From contig JBJFGS010000025.1 of assembly GCA_051892935.1 (NCBI GenBank), positions 80,813 to 144,812 of the forward strand: a stretch of 64,000 nucleotides of DNA, written 5' to 3'. This document shows, one piece after another, positions 27,998-38,615 of this stretch. This DNA comes from Candidatus Coprovivens sp. GTDB lineage: Bacteria > Bacillota_I > Bacilli_A > RF39 > UBA660. Numbering within the stretch: the first letter of the stretch is position 1; each line of letters starts with the position of its first letter. Both the position numbers and the translations under genes were made by a program. Under the pieces are notes generated by a model. The model was not told where the DNA came from. It worked only from the letters and a program-made list of their open reading frames with translations, and ran no database searches.

Positions 27998-29449
27998 TCA
28001 TCTTTTATTTAATTCATCAGTTATTATTTCTTTCGTCATAACTGGATTAGCTTTACCTCTCGTATTTTTCATAACTTGACCAACAAAGTAATCAAATAAA
28101 TTTGTCTTACCAGCTTTATACTGTTCGATTTGCGTACTACTATTATCCATTATTTCACAAATAATACGAGTAAGTTCATCTTTATCACTAATTTGCGCAT
28201 TCTCTTTACTAATAAAGTTTTTAGGTTCTTTATTATTTTCAATAGCTTTAAAGAAAACTTCTTTAGCTTGCTTACTAGATAAAATACCAGTTGCTAAAGC
28301 ATCTGTAATTTGTTTTAACATTGAAGGAGTAATATAAAACTCCGAAATACTTTTATCTTCTTTATTTAATTCACCAACTATATTAACAGTAACCCAGTTA
28401 GAAGCGACTTTAGCATCAATTCCTAATTCAACACATTCTTCATAATAATCAGAAATTGCTTTTTCTTTAACCAATACACCTGCATCATAAGAAGATAATC
28501 CAAATTTATCAATATATTTTTTCTTTCTATCCATAGCAAGTTCAGGTATAGAATTTCTAATTTCTTCTAACCATTCTTTACTAATCTTGTATTTAGGAAT
28601 ATTAGGTTCAACAAAATATTTATAATCAATTGCATCTGCTTTACTTCTCATATGAATAGTAGACTGACTCTCCTCATCCCAACGTCTAGTTTCTTGTTCA
28701 ATAACACCGCCATTTTCTAGTAATTCAGTTTGTCTTTCTATTTCATAATTAATTGAATCTCTAACACCACCAAAAGAGTTTACGTTCTTAATTTCAACTT
28801 TAGTTCCCCAATTATTAGGATCAGACTCATCTAAAGATGCATCCATTAACGAAACGTTAACATCACACCTAATTTGACCTTTCTTAGTATCAGCCTCAGA
28901 TACACCAGCATATTGATAAACACTTCTCATATGCTCTAAAAACGCAACAGCTTCACTTGCACTATGAAAATCAGGTTCAGTAACTAATTCCATCAAAGGA
29001 ACACCTGCTCTATTATAATCAATATTACTAGTTGAATAAAAATGATCTAAAGAAGCAGCATCTTCTTCTAAATGGAAATTATTAACTCTTACCTTTTTTA
29101 TTTCATCACCACATTCAAATTCAACCTCACCATAAATACCAGCAGGAATTGGTTTAGTTTCTTGAGTAATTTGAAAACCCTTTGGTAAATCAGGATAATA
29201 ATAATTTTTTCTTTCAAAATAGAAAAACTCAGGTTGACTACATTTCAAAATCATACTAATCATTAAAGCTTTTTTTACAGCTTCTTTATTTACAACAGGT
29301 AATATACCAGGAAAAGCCATATCTACAGCAGATATATTACAGTTAGGAGTAGACTCATACGAGTTACGAGAACTACTAAATACTTTAGAATTAGTTTCAC
29401 TCATCTCACAATGCATTTCTAATCCTATTTTAGCTAAATACTTAGTCAT
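27998..29449 (-). CDS. gatB: Asp-tRNA(Asn)/Glu-tRNA(Gln) amidotransferase subunit B
   Basis: IGLEMHCEM..., C-terminal YqeY/GatB helical domain, 483 aa. Confidence 0.9.
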   Translation of the reverse strand: MTKYLAKIGLEMHCEMSETNSKVFSSSRNSYESTPNCNISAVDMAFPGILPVVNKEAVKKALMISMILKCSQPEFFYFERKNYYYPDLPKGFQITQETKPIPAGIYGEVEFECGDEIKKVRVNNFHLEEDAASLDHFYSTSNIDYNRAGVPLMELVTEPDFHSASEAVAFLEHMRSVYQYAGVSEADTKKGQIRCDVNVSLMDASLDESDPNNWGTKVEIKNVNSFGGVRDSINYEIERQTELLENGGVIEQETRRWDEESQSTIHMRSKADAIDYKYFVEPNIPKYKISKEWLEEIRNSIPELAMDRKKKYIDKFGLSSYDAGVLVKEKAISDYYEECVELGIDAKVASNWVTVNIVGELNKEDKSISEFYITPSMLKQITDALATGILSSKQAKEVFFKAIENNKEPKNFISKENAQISDKDELTRIICEIMDNSSTQIEQYKAGKTNLFDYFVGQVMKNTRGKANPVMTKEIITDELNKR

Positions 29450-30915
29450 TATTTTACCTCCTTAACTACTTGGCCTTTATAATCCATTGCACTTTCAAGT
29501 GCATAAGCAATATTCAAAACTTTTTCATCTTCATAACAATTACCAGTTATATTAATACCTACAGGTAAGTTAGAAACAAAACCATTAGGTATAGTTATAG
29601 AAGGAAAACCGCCAAAATTACCTACCTGTAAATGTTCATCTAAAGACATTGTATTTATATCTTGTTTTAAATCTAATTCAGTAAACTTCTTAGCAGGTCC
29701 TACACCAACAGGACATAAAACTGCATCATATTTCTTATATAAATTTTTCCAAGTATCAACAATCATTCTTCGAGCTCTTTGAGCATTTTTAAAGTATCTT
29801 TCTTGGTTTTCTTTTTGTAATACATAAGAACCAATTACAAATCTTCTTTTTATTAATGGCGAAAAACCTTTAGTTCTATGATCTTTAATCATATCAATGT
29901 AATTATCTCCTTCACCTCTAGGTCCAAAGATAATACCTGTTAAGTTACTCATATTACTAGTAGCTTCAGCACTATGAATAACTCTATATACACTAAAAAC
30001 TGCGTTAAGTAGTTTTCTATCTACCGAAACTTCATCTACTTCCATACCAATATTTCTCGCAAGTTCAATAGTTTTCTTAAAATTTTCTAAATGTTCTTTA
30101 AGTTCATGTGAAGCATTAGGATAGTTTTCTATATCACATATTTCTTTTACATAACATAACTTCATACCTTTAACATCACCAGTACAAGATCCAAGTAAAT
30201 CCATCTTACTAGAATCCCAAGAAGTCATATCATTAGGATCAATTCCTTTCATAGTATTAACTACTATTGCAGCATCTCTAACAGAACGAGTTAAAACACC
30301 ACAATGATCTAAACTAGAAGCAAAAGGAAATAACCCATATCTTGAAATCATTCCGTATGTAGGTTTATATCCAACAATACCACAATAAGCAGCTGGTTTA
30401 CGAATAGAATCTCCAGTATCAGAACCTAATGCATAAGGATATACTCCAGCTGCAACAGCAGCAGCTGATCCAGAAGAAGATCCAGCACAAATACGAGTTC
30501 TATCCCAAGGATTTAATTGAACACCAGTATGACCAGTAGTACCAGTTCCACCCATACCAAATTCATCCATTGCTGTTTTATTTACTTTAATAGCTCCCGC
30601 TTTATTTAAATTAACAATAGCAGTAGCATCAAAAAAAGGTACATAATCTTTTAAAGTATTAGAACTTCCTGTTGAAAGAATACCCTTAGTAGAATAATTA
30701 TCTTTAACACCATAAGGAATTCCAGATAGTAAATTATCAGTTACTTCACATCCTTTAGCATCATCCAAAATAGTAACGAAAGCATTACATTTATCTTGAA
30801 TTTCATGACTACGTTCTAAAGATTCTTTAACTAACTCATCACTAGTTACATCACCTTTAACTAACATTTCATGTAATTCTTCAATTGATTTATCCATATA
30901 TTTCATCATCTTCAC
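29449..30915 (-). CDS. gatA: Glutamyl-tRNA(Gln) amidotransferase subunit A (amidase signature family)
   Basis: Amidase signature GGSSGGSAAAVAAG and Ser-cisSer-Lys context. Overlaps the gatB start. Confidence 0.9.
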   Translation of the reverse strand: MKMMKYMDKSIEELHEMLVKGDVTSDELVKESLERSHEIQDKCNAFVTILDDAKGCEVTDNLLSGIPYGVKDNYSTKGILSTGSSNTLKDYVPFFDATAIVNLNKAGAIKVNKTAMDEFGMGGTGTTGHTGVQLNPWDRTRICAGSSSGSAAAVAAGVYPYALGSDTGDSIRKPAAYCGIVGYKPTYGMISRYGLFPFASSLDHCGVLTRSVRDAAIVVNTMKGIDPNDMTSWDSSKMDLLGSCTGDVKGMKLCYVKEICDIENYPNASHELKEHLENFKKTIELARNIGMEVDEVSVDRKLLNAVFSVYRVIHSAEATSNMSNLTGIIFGPRGEGDNYIDMIKDHRTKGFSPLIKRRFVIGSYVLQKENQERYFKNAQRARRMIVDTWKNLYKKYDAVLCPVGVGPAKKFTELDLKQDINTMSLDEHLQVGNFGGFPSITIPNGFVSNLPVGINITGNCYEDEKVLNIAYALESAMDYKGQVVKEVK

Positions 30916-30917
30916 CT

Positions 30918-31217
30918 CTATCCTACTACCTTAGGTACAACTATTTCTCTATCTTCAGTATCATCACTATTAGCAAGCAAATCTTCAATTGGTACAGAAT
31001 CAACTGCAACATCTTCTCTTAATTCATAAACGAAATCATCTAAACAATGTGTCATAGGTTCGGCATCCTTAATACCATCTATTTCATTAATTAAATCAAT
31101 ATTAGCATCAATAGCTTCAAATTCATCTAATACCATAGCATTTTCTTCTGAACTAAGACCAATCAAAAGTTTATCTGCTAAGTCATCAACTAATTCTTTT
31201 GTAAATACTTTACTCAT
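30918..31217 (-). CDS. gatC: Glutamyl-tRNA(Gln) amidotransferase subunit C
   Basis: 99 aa, acidic, positioned between aspS and gatA. Typical GatC length and placement. Confidence 0.8.
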   Translation of the reverse strand: MSKVFTKELVDDLADKLLIGLSSEENAMVLDEFEAIDANIDLINEIDGIKDAEPMTHCLDDFVYELREDVAVDSVPIEDLLANSDDTEDREIVVPKVVG

Positions 31218-32973
31218 CTTTTTTCACCTCTATTTTAATTCCTAACTCTTTAAGTTGTTCCCTAGTTAATTCGCTTGGACTTCCCATCATTTGATCAGCT
31301 CCAGAAGCACTAGGTGGAAACGCTTGAACTTCTCTTAAATTAGGTTCATCTTTAATTAACATAAGTATTCTATCAATTCCAGGAGCCATTCCTCCATGTG
31401 GAGGGCATCCATACTTAAACGCTGTAAATATAGATTTAAATCTTGTTTCAATTTCATCCCTAGTATAGCCAACTACTTCAAAACCTTTAGCTAAACTTTC
31501 TAAATCATGATTTCTAATAGCTCCAGAAGCCATCTCATTACCATTACAAACAAAATCATATTGATAAGCTAAAATGTCACCAACATCTTCATATTTATCA
31601 TAATCAGATATTCCACCATGAGGTAAACTAAATGGATTATGACAGAATTCATATTTTTTCTTTTCATCATCCCATTCAAACATTGGGAAATCATTTACAA
31701 TACATAATTCTAATTTATTAGTATCAATTAATTCTAATTTTCTACCTAATTCAGTTCTAATTAAACCAGCAAATTTTTGTGCTTGTTTAACTCTCTTATT
31801 AGCAATAAAAAACATTACAGAATTAGTTTTCATATTAAACTTTTTAATTAAATTATCTCTTTCTTCATTACTTAAGAATTTATCAATAGGTCCTTTAAAT
31901 GTTCCATCTTCCATTAAAGTAAGATATCCAATACCAGGCATACCAATAGATGATGCAAAATCAACAACTTCATTAAACCAAGAATTTGGTTTATCTCCAA
32001 TATCATCTACTACAATAACTTTTATAGTACTTTTCTTAAAAGGGCCAAAAGTAATATCTTTAAGTACTTCAGTAGCATCTTTTATAATAAGTGGATTTCT
32101 TAAATCAGGTTTATCTGTTCCATACATATCCATCGCATCTTTATAAGCAATCCTCCTAAAAGGTTTAGGACTTACCTTTTTATTAGTAAAAGTAGTAAAT
32201 ACATCATAAAAAATATCTTCTCCAACTTCTAAAACTTCATCTTCAGTAACAAAAGACATTTCTAAATCTAATTGATAAAATTCTAAAGTTCTATCAGCTC
32301 TTGCATCTTCATCTCTAAAACAAGGAGCAATTTGAAAATACTTTTCAACACCACCAACCATTAATAACTCTTTATATATTTGAGGAGCTTGTGGCAAAGC
32401 ATAAAACTTTCCTTTAAAGTTTCTTGAAGGAACAACAAAATCTCTTGCTCCTTCAGGACTAGAAGCTGTAAGAATAGGTGTTTGAACTTCCATAAAACCA
32501 TTATCATACATTTTATTTCTTAAAAAATGTAAAACATCACTTCTTAGCTTAAAATTATCTTTAACTTTATTATTTCTCATATCAAGATATCTATATTTTA
32601 ACCTTATATCTTCGCTAGCTTCTTTAGAAGAAACAATTTGAAAAGGAAGTTCATGTAATGAAGATCCCAACACTTCCAAAGTATCTACTAACAACTCAAC
32701 TTCACCAGTTTTTAGATTATTATTTATAGTATCCTCGCTTCTCTTTCTAATAATCCCAGACAATTTAACTACTGATTCTTTAGCAAGACCAACAAATAAT
32801 GAATCATCATTTGATACCGCTTGTAGTTTTTCAGTATTATCTCTTAAATCTAAAAACAATACTCCACCATGATCTCTTATATTTTCAATCCATCCACTAA
32901 CTACTACAGTTTTTCCTACTAATGTAGAATCTATATCACAACAATGATGTGTTCTAAAAATATTTTGCTTCAT
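31210..32973 (-). CDS. aspS: Aspartate--tRNA ligase (bacterial type, 587 aa)
   Basis: Class II motifs (FRDE, GxGxDR), N-terminal OB fold, GAD insertion length. Confidence 0.9.
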   Translation of the reverse strand: MKQNIFRTHHCCDIDSTLVGKTVVVSGWIENIRDHGGVLFLDLRDNTEKLQAVSNDDSLFVGLAKESVVKLSGIIRKRSEDTINNNLKTGEVELLVDTLEVLGSSLHELPFQIVSSKEASEDIRLKYRYLDMRNNKVKDNFKLRSDVLHFLRNKMYDNGFMEVQTPILTASSPEGARDFVVPSRNFKGKFYALPQAPQIYKELLMVGGVEKYFQIAPCFRDEDARADRTLEFYQLDLEMSFVTEDEVLEVGEDIFYDVFTTFTNKKVSPKPFRRIAYKDAMDMYGTDKPDLRNPLIIKDATEVLKDITFGPFKKSTIKVIVVDDIGDKPNSWFNEVVDFASSIGMPGIGYLTLMEDGTFKGPIDKFLSNEERDNLIKKFNMKTNSVMFFIANKRVKQAQKFAGLIRTELGRKLELIDTNKLELCIVNDFPMFEWDDEKKKYEFCHNPFSLPHGGISDYDKYEDVGDILAYQYDFVCNGNEMASGAIRNHDLESLAKGFEVVGYTRDEIETRFKSIFTAFKYGCPPHGGMAPGIDRILMLIKDEPNLREVQAFPPSASGADQMMGSPSELTREQLKELGIKIEVKKDE

Positions 32974-33010
32974 ATCAATCTACTTCCTTTCTTTCTTATT
33001 TTTATTTATA

Positions 33011-34378
33011 TTAATATTCGCAATTTCCTGGAGTTCTTGGATAAGGAATAACATCTCTTATATTTTCAACACCAGTTAGATATATAAGTAATCTTTCAAA
33101 TCCCATTCCAAACCCAGAATGAATACATCCTCCAAATTTTCTTAAATTTAGGTACCAATCCATACCATCAGTTGCCATACCTAATTCATTCATTCTATTA
33201 ACTAATTTATCATAATTTTCTTCTCTTTGTGAACCGCCCATTAATTCACCAGCACCAGGTACTTCTAAATCAACAGCAGCTACTGTTTTACCATCATCAT
33301 TTTGTTTCATATAGAATGCCTTAATATCTTTAGGCCAATTTTTTATAAATACCGGTCCATTAAAATACTCAGTAATATATTTTTCGTGTTCCTTAGCAAT
33401 ATCTTCCCCATATTCAGGTTCAAATTCCCATTTAACATCAGCTTCTTTAAGAATCTTAATTACTTCATCATGATCAATTCTTACAAATGAACTATTTACT
33501 AAATTAGTTAATTTTTCTTTCAATCCCTTTTCAACAAATTGATCAAAGAAATCTATTTCCAAGGAAGCATTATCAAGTACATATTGAACAACATACTTAA
33601 GCATATCCTCCATAACATCCATATCACCATTTAAATCAGTAAATGCCATTTCAGGCTCAATCATCCAAAATTCATTTGCATGCGTTTTAGTATTAGAATT
33701 TTCAGCTCTAAAAGTCGGACCAAATGTATAAGTCTTTTTATAAGCTAAAGCAAATGTTTCAGCTTCAAGTTGACCACTAACAGTTAAATTAGCCATCTTA
33801 CCAAAGAAATCCTTTGAATAATCAGGTTTACCATTAACTCTTTCTAAATCCAAAGTAGTAACTTGAAACATTTCTCCTGCTCCTTCACAATCACTAGCAG
33901 TAATAAGAGGTGCATGAAAATACACATAATTTCTTTCTTGAAAATATTTATGTATAGCATAAGCAGCAATACTTCTAACTCTAAATACTGCTTGAAAAAG
34001 ATTAGTTCTAGGTCTTAAATAAGCTTGTTCTCTTAAAAATTCTCTAGTATGTCTCTTAGGTTGAATAGGATAATCAGCAGGACAATCTCCTAACAAAGTT
34101 ACAACACTAGCTTTTAATTCAACATCTTGATTACCAGAACTTTCAACTAATATCCCTTTAACTTCAATAGCACAACCTACTAACATTTTTTGTATATCTA
34201 AAAAATTATCAAGTCCATTATCATAAACAACTTGTAAATGTTGTTGTGTAGTACCATCACTAAAATCAATAAAACCAAATTCCTTTTGCTTACGATGATT
34301 TCTTATCCATCCCTGAATAATAACTTCATCTCCAATATGAGCATTATTAAATAAATCTTTTAAATCCATAATATTCAT
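33011..34378 (-). CDS. asnS: Asparagine--tRNA ligase
   Basis: 455-aa class IIb synthetase, GAGELMGGSQREE and YPRTPG C-terminus typical of AsnRS. Confidence 0.75.
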   Translation of the reverse strand: MNIMDLKDLFNNAHIGDEVIIQGWIRNHRKQKEFGFIDFSDGTTQQHLQVVYDNGLDNFLDIQKMLVGCAIEVKGILVESSGNQDVELKASVVTLLGDCPADYPIQPKRHTREFLREQAYLRPRTNLFQAVFRVRSIAAYAIHKYFQERNYVYFHAPLITASDCEGAGEMFQVTTLDLERVNGKPDYSKDFFGKMANLTVSGQLEAETFALAYKKTYTFGPTFRAENSNTKTHANEFWMIEPEMAFTDLNGDMDVMEDMLKYVVQYVLDNASLEIDFFDQFVEKGLKEKLTNLVNSSFVRIDHDEVIKILKEADVKWEFEPEYGEDIAKEHEKYITEYFNGPVFIKNWPKDIKAFYMKQNDDGKTVAAVDLEVPGAGELMGGSQREENYDKLVNRMNELGMATDGMDWYLNLRKFGGCIHSGFGMGFERLLIYLTGVENIRDVIPYPRTPGNCEY

Positions 34379-34380
34379 CC

Positions 34381-35649
34381 CTATCTACAATTTATATCTA
34401 AATAATCATCAATCTCTGCTTCTTTAACCATTGTTACTTCCTTAGTATGATTATCTTTAACTTGAATTTCTCCACCTACTAAATCTTCACTATTAAGTAT
34501 TACTAAAAATTTTGCATTTAATCTATCTGCCTGTTTAAATTGACCTTTTAAAGCTCTTCCCATATATTCAGTTTCAACACGTAATCCTTGTAATCTTAAA
34601 TCTTGCGTTAAAGCCATCGCATACTCTTTTTCAGTATCATTTACATATAAAATAAATGCATCTAACTCATTATTAATAGGTACTTCAATATTTTCTTTAT
34701 CCAAAGCCATAACAAGCCTACCCAGTCCACAAGCAAATCCAATACCAGGTGTAGATGGACCTCCTAAATTACTAACCAAAGTATCATATCTACCACCACC
34801 AGCTAAGACATTATTAGAACCAAAATCCTTAACTGTAGCTTCAATTTCAAATACAGTATGACAATAATAATCTAATCCTCTAACTATTTTAGGATCAACT
34901 TCATAATCAATATCTAAAACATCTAAATAATTTTGAACATCCATAAATCTATTTTTAGATTCTTCATTTAAGTAATCTAACATTACTGGAGCATTCTTAA
35001 TTATGTCATTTTCAGCATCAAATTTACAATCTAAGATACGTAATGGATTCTTTTTTAATCTCTCATTACAATCAGGACACAATTCACTTATATGAGGCTC
35101 AAAATAATCAATTAAAGCGTTTCTATAATTATCTCTAGATAGAGTATCACCTAAACTATTAATTTTAACTTTTATACCTTTTAACCCCAATAATTTAAAA
35201 ATATTAACAGCAACAGAAATAACTTCTGCATCAATAGCGGGATCATCACTACCAAGAACCTCAACCCCAAACTGCGTAAGTTCTCTATCTCTTCCAGATT
35301 GTGGTCTCTCATATCGATACATTGTTCCATTATAGTATAGTTTTACAGGTTGTATAGTATCTCCATACATTTTATTTTCAATAAAACTTCTAACAACACC
35401 AGCTGTTCCTTCTGGTCTTAAAGTCATATTTCTATCCCCACGATCAACAAAATCATAAGTTTCTTTAGACACTATATCTGTTGTATCTCCAACACCTCTA
35501 TGAAACAATTCCGTACTTTCAAAAATAGGTGTTCTAATCATTCCATAATTATATCTTTCCATTACTTCATCAACAACACGACTAACATATTGCCATTTTT
35601 TCATTTGTTCACCATACAAATCATAAGTTCCCTTAGGTTTAGTTATCAT
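34381..35649 (-). CDS. hisS: Histidine--tRNA ligase
   Basis: Class IIa HisRS motifs (RPEGT, GGRYD), C-terminal anticodon-binding domain. Start set at ATG 35649 behind GGAGGAG (the track ORF is extended upstream into the leader). Confidence 0.9.
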   Translation of the reverse strand: MITKPKGTYDLYGEQMKKWQYVSRVVDEVMERYNYGMIRTPIFESTELFHRGVGDTTDIVSKETYDFVDRGDRNMTLRPEGTAGVVRSFIENKMYGDTIQPVKLYYNGTMYRYERPQSGRDRELTQFGVEVLGSDDPAIDAEVISVAVNIFKLLGLKGIKVKINSLGDTLSRDNYRNALIDYFEPHISELCPDCNERLKKNPLRILDCKFDAENDIIKNAPVMLDYLNEESKNRFMDVQNYLDVLDIDYEVDPKIVRGLDYYCHTVFEIEATVKDFGSNNVLAGGGRYDTLVSNLGGPSTPGIGFACGLGRLVMALDKENIEVPINNELDAFILYVNDTEKEYAMALTQDLRLQGLRVETEYMGRALKGQFKQADRLNAKFLVILNSEDLVGGEIQVKDNHTKEVTMVKEAEIDDYLDINCR

Positions 35650-35654
35650 TATAT

Positions 35655-35880
35655 CTCCTCCATAAATAAAAAAGGTACCTAAATAACGTAAGGACGAAAA
35701 ATTCCGCGGTGCCACCTTACTTTACTTAGGTACTCTCATATTTTTATTTTATCGCTCTTAATGCGTTCTTAATATCAGAAAGTTGTTTTTCATATATAAT
35801 CCAATAAGGCATTTCCACCATATAGCCCTCTCTTTTATTTTCAATATATACTACTCGTCTTTCAATAAGAAAAGTCTAAA
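35655..35880 (-). promoter_or_regulatory. T-box riboswitch leader upstream of hisS (controls hisS-asnS-aspS-gatCAB)
   Basis: Minus strand contains the T-box consensus AAGGUGGCACCGCGG (35704-35716), nested in a terminator AGUACCUAAGUAAAGUAAGG...CCUUACGUUAUUUAGGUACC-UUUUUU (35668-35735). AGAGAG element in stem I. Leader ~230 nt. Confidence 0.7.
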
Positions 35881-35883
35881 AGT

Positions 35884-35912
35884 ATTTTACTATCAAAATA
35901 ATAATTAGTCAA
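35884..35912 (-). promoter_or_regulatory. Promoter for the T-box leader
   Basis: Minus strand TTGACT-17-TAAAAT. Confidence 0.5.
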
Positions 35913-35997
35913 TAAATAGATTTAATTTATTCATATGACTAGCTATAATATTAACACTTTTTAGTAATATTAACAAAAAAAGCAAGAAAACTTGCTT

Positions 35998-37314
35998 TTA
36001 ATCATTAGCATCCCATATATTAGTATTTACAGCTTTAGTATCATAATCATACTTCAATTCTCTTCCCTTATATATTCTTAATAATAAAACTCCTTTATTC
36101 TCAGCATATAATTGAAAAGCAGGATGAGAAAAATCATCATAATGCATTTCTGAAAAATATAGTTTAATTTTATATCTCTCTGTTTTACCATAATCCATAA
36201 AGTGTAAAACACTATCTTCACTAGTTAAATACATCACAAAAGTATCTCTAGCCAAAACTTCTGTTACTTTTTCAATATTTAAAAACTCATTACCATCAAT
36301 TCTAAATATTCTATAATCTACAAAAGTATCATCACCAATTGTCCTATCTCGTCCAGTCTTAAAATAATAAGTATGATTATTGTTTTTCCATACATCGTAA
36401 ATAGGATCTACACTTTCAGCCGAAACAGTAGACTTTTTATATAAATCATATATAAACCATATACCATCTTTACACAAAATATAGTAATCAGTATCTTCAT
36501 CATAACTAATAGAATCATAAACATAATCTAATTCTTTAATTATTTCACCATCTTTATCTATCTTAATTAATCCCCACTTACCAGTATCCATACTTTTTAC
36601 TATATATCGATTATTTTCACCATAACCAATATCATAATCTTCATCCAAAGTACTCATTTTAACATCAGCAAATTTAGCAATAATTTCTGGCTTATGTTCA
36701 TCATCTTCTAAAAATCTATACAAATAAATAATTCTAGAATAATTTAAATCACCATATTCAGATTCTTGTTTTAATGAATCATCCACAAAGGCAAAAGTCT
36801 CATAAATCATCCCCAAAGTATAAGGATCATGTTTCGTCAAAGCATCTTTATTAGTTGTATTATACTGATCATATCCACCAAAAGCTTTATTACATCCTAA
36901 AACAGTATTTATACATTTATAAGTTCCTAATAGTTCACCTTTTCTACTATAATAATAAAGTAATCCTTTATATTTATCATATCTCTTTATATTTTCAGGA
37001 ACTTCATAATCAGTATCTACAACAGGCAAATCAGGTAAAGCCTCAGGATTTTTAAGTCCAATCCAAAAAGGAACCATTTCTTTCTTTGTTATAGAAACTC
37101 TGTTATAAGCCCTATAAACATATCCAAAAGAAATATATTCATTAACAACACCATCATCATACTTTCTTTCAATATGTAAAGCCAATATAGGTGTCTTACC
37201 TTCAGTATATCTAACATAATTTATAATAAACAATATTCCCCATAAAATCAAAACGATTAACACAATTAATTCTATTTTTTTCTCTTTAGACATCTTCTTT
37301 GGCGTTTGATACAT
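35998..37314 (-). CDS. hypothetical N-terminally anchored protein (438 aa, Tyr/Asp-rich)
   Basis: KKIELIVLIVLILWGILFIINYV signal anchor. No known motif. Confidence 0.5.
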   Translation of the reverse strand: MYQTPKKMSKEKKIELIVLIVLILWGILFIINYVRYTEGKTPILALHIERKYDDGVVNEYISFGYVYRAYNRVSITKKEMVPFWIGLKNPEALPDLPVVDTDYEVPENIKRYDKYKGLLYYYSRKGELLGTYKCINTVLGCNKAFGGYDQYNTTNKDALTKHDPYTLGMIYETFAFVDDSLKQESEYGDLNYSRIIYLYRFLEDDEHKPEIIAKFADVKMSTLDEDYDIGYGENNRYIVKSMDTGKWGLIKIDKDGEIIKELDYVYDSISYDEDTDYYILCKDGIWFIYDLYKKSTVSAESVDPIYDVWKNNNHTYYFKTGRDRTIGDDTFVDYRIFRIDGNEFLNIEKVTEVLARDTFVMYLTSEDSVLHFMDYGKTERYKIKLYFSEMHYDDFSHPAFQLYAENKGVLLLRIYKGRELKYDYDTKAVNTNIWDAND

Positions 37315-37393
37315 TTTATACCACCTCTATTATATATAATATCACATTTTATAATATTAAAAAATAACAAATAATTAAAAAGGATAAACGCAT

Positions 37394-38170
37394 CTATCCT
37401 TCATTAACTATTGAACTACTAATTAAATAAAAAGATTCATCTTCTTTTAAGAAAATATGTTCATATAAAACACCATCCTGTTTAATAGTTTTATCAGATA
37501 AAGAAGGTTTTTCTTTTCCTTTATAATTACTACAAAATTCTTCTCCAAAATAATTAATACATCTATTAATATCACGCAAATCAATTTGTAAATAATACTC
37601 TCGAATAGCTATTTGATTATTAGATTTATAAGCACTATCATAACTAGAATATCCAAATACAGTATTAGTATAATCATCAATTAAACAGTAGTATCTTTTA
37701 CCATCATTTTTACAATCATATCCATGATAATTAAAATCATCAAAATTTATTTCATTGTCAGAAATAAAATATTTCTTTTGATAATTACTAAAAACACTAT
37801 TATCAATAATTCTAATTTTACAATCAGTACTACTAGTGAATTTAATTGTTTTAGTAACTTGACAAACTATCTTTTCATGTTCATAAATTTTTTCATTATA
37901 ATCATTTTTAGTAAGATTATCTATAACAAAATGAACAATCTCCTCACTAGTCAAATCTTCACTAAGAAATTCTGCTTTTCTTAAATCAGTTTTATCTTTT
38001 ATTCTGTCATAAAGAACTACTGCCGTAGGATCTTTTTCATCTAACTTAGTGGTAGTTAACAATTCATATCCATATTTAGCATTTCCAACAACCAAAAAAG
38101 TAATTGTTAATACAACAAGAACTACTAAAACAACGACAAAAGTTTTAACTACATCTTTCATAAGTACCAC
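37394..38170 (-). CDS. hypothetical N-terminally anchored protein (258 aa)
   Basis: VVLVVLVVLTITFLVV anchor. Directly downstream of dtd. Confidence 0.5.
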   Translation of the reverse strand: MVLMKDVVKTFVVVLVVLVVLTITFLVVGNAKYGYELLTTTKLDEKDPTAVVLYDRIKDKTDLRKAEFLSEDLTSEEIVHFVIDNLTKNDYNEKIYEHEKIVCQVTKTIKFTSSTDCKIRIIDNSVFSNYQKKYFISDNEINFDDFNYHGYDCKNDGKRYYCLIDDYTNTVFGYSSYDSAYKSNNQIAIREYYLQIDLRDINRCINYFGEEFCSNYKGKEKPSLSDKTIKQDGVLYEHIFLKEDESFYLISSSIVNEG

Positions 38171-38171
38171 C

Positions 38172-38615
38172 TTATTTAATATCAGTATCTATAATTATTG
38201 TTGTAGGGCCATCATTAATAATTTCTACCTTCATATCAGCTCCAAAAATACCGCCCTTAGTAGGAACAATCTCATTAAGCAATTCATTAAACTTTTCATA
38301 CATAGGTTTAGCCTTTTCTCCTCCTAAAGCTCTAATATAAGAAGGACGATTACCCTTTCTCGTATCACCATATAAAGTAAATTGTGAAATAGATAAAATT
38401 TCTCCTTTTTCATCGATAACACTTCTATTCATAACATCATTCTCATCTTCAAAGACTCTTAGATTTGTTATCTTCCTAACACAATACTTTATATCTTCCA
38501 AAGTATCAGTATCAGTAAACCCAACTAAAACATTTAATCCTCTTCCAATCTCATTTACTAAAGCTCCATTAACCACTACTTTTGATCTATTTACTTTTTG
38601 AACAACACATCTCAT
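38172..38615 (-). CDS. dtd: D-aminoacyl-tRNA deacylase
   Basis: SQFTLYGD and NDGPTT motifs, 147 aa. Overlaps the relA stop (relA-dtd operon as in Bacillus). Confidence 0.9.
   Translation of the reverse strand: MRCVVQKVNRSKVVVNGALVNEIGRGLNVLVGFTDTDTLEDIKYCVRKITNLRVFEDENDVMNRSVIDEKGEILSISQFTLYGDTRKGNRPSYIRALGGEKAKPMYEKFNELLNEIVPTKGGIFGADMKVEIINDGPTTIIIDTDIK

Noticed and set aside
33011-34378. Calling this ORF a second (archaeal-type, non-discriminating) AspRS rather than AsnRS
   Set aside because: The GGSQREE and YPRTP motifs and the ~455-aa length fit AsnRS better. Co-presence with gatCAB is expected for Gln-tRNA formation, so it does not argue against asnS. Residual uncertainty is reflected in the confidence.
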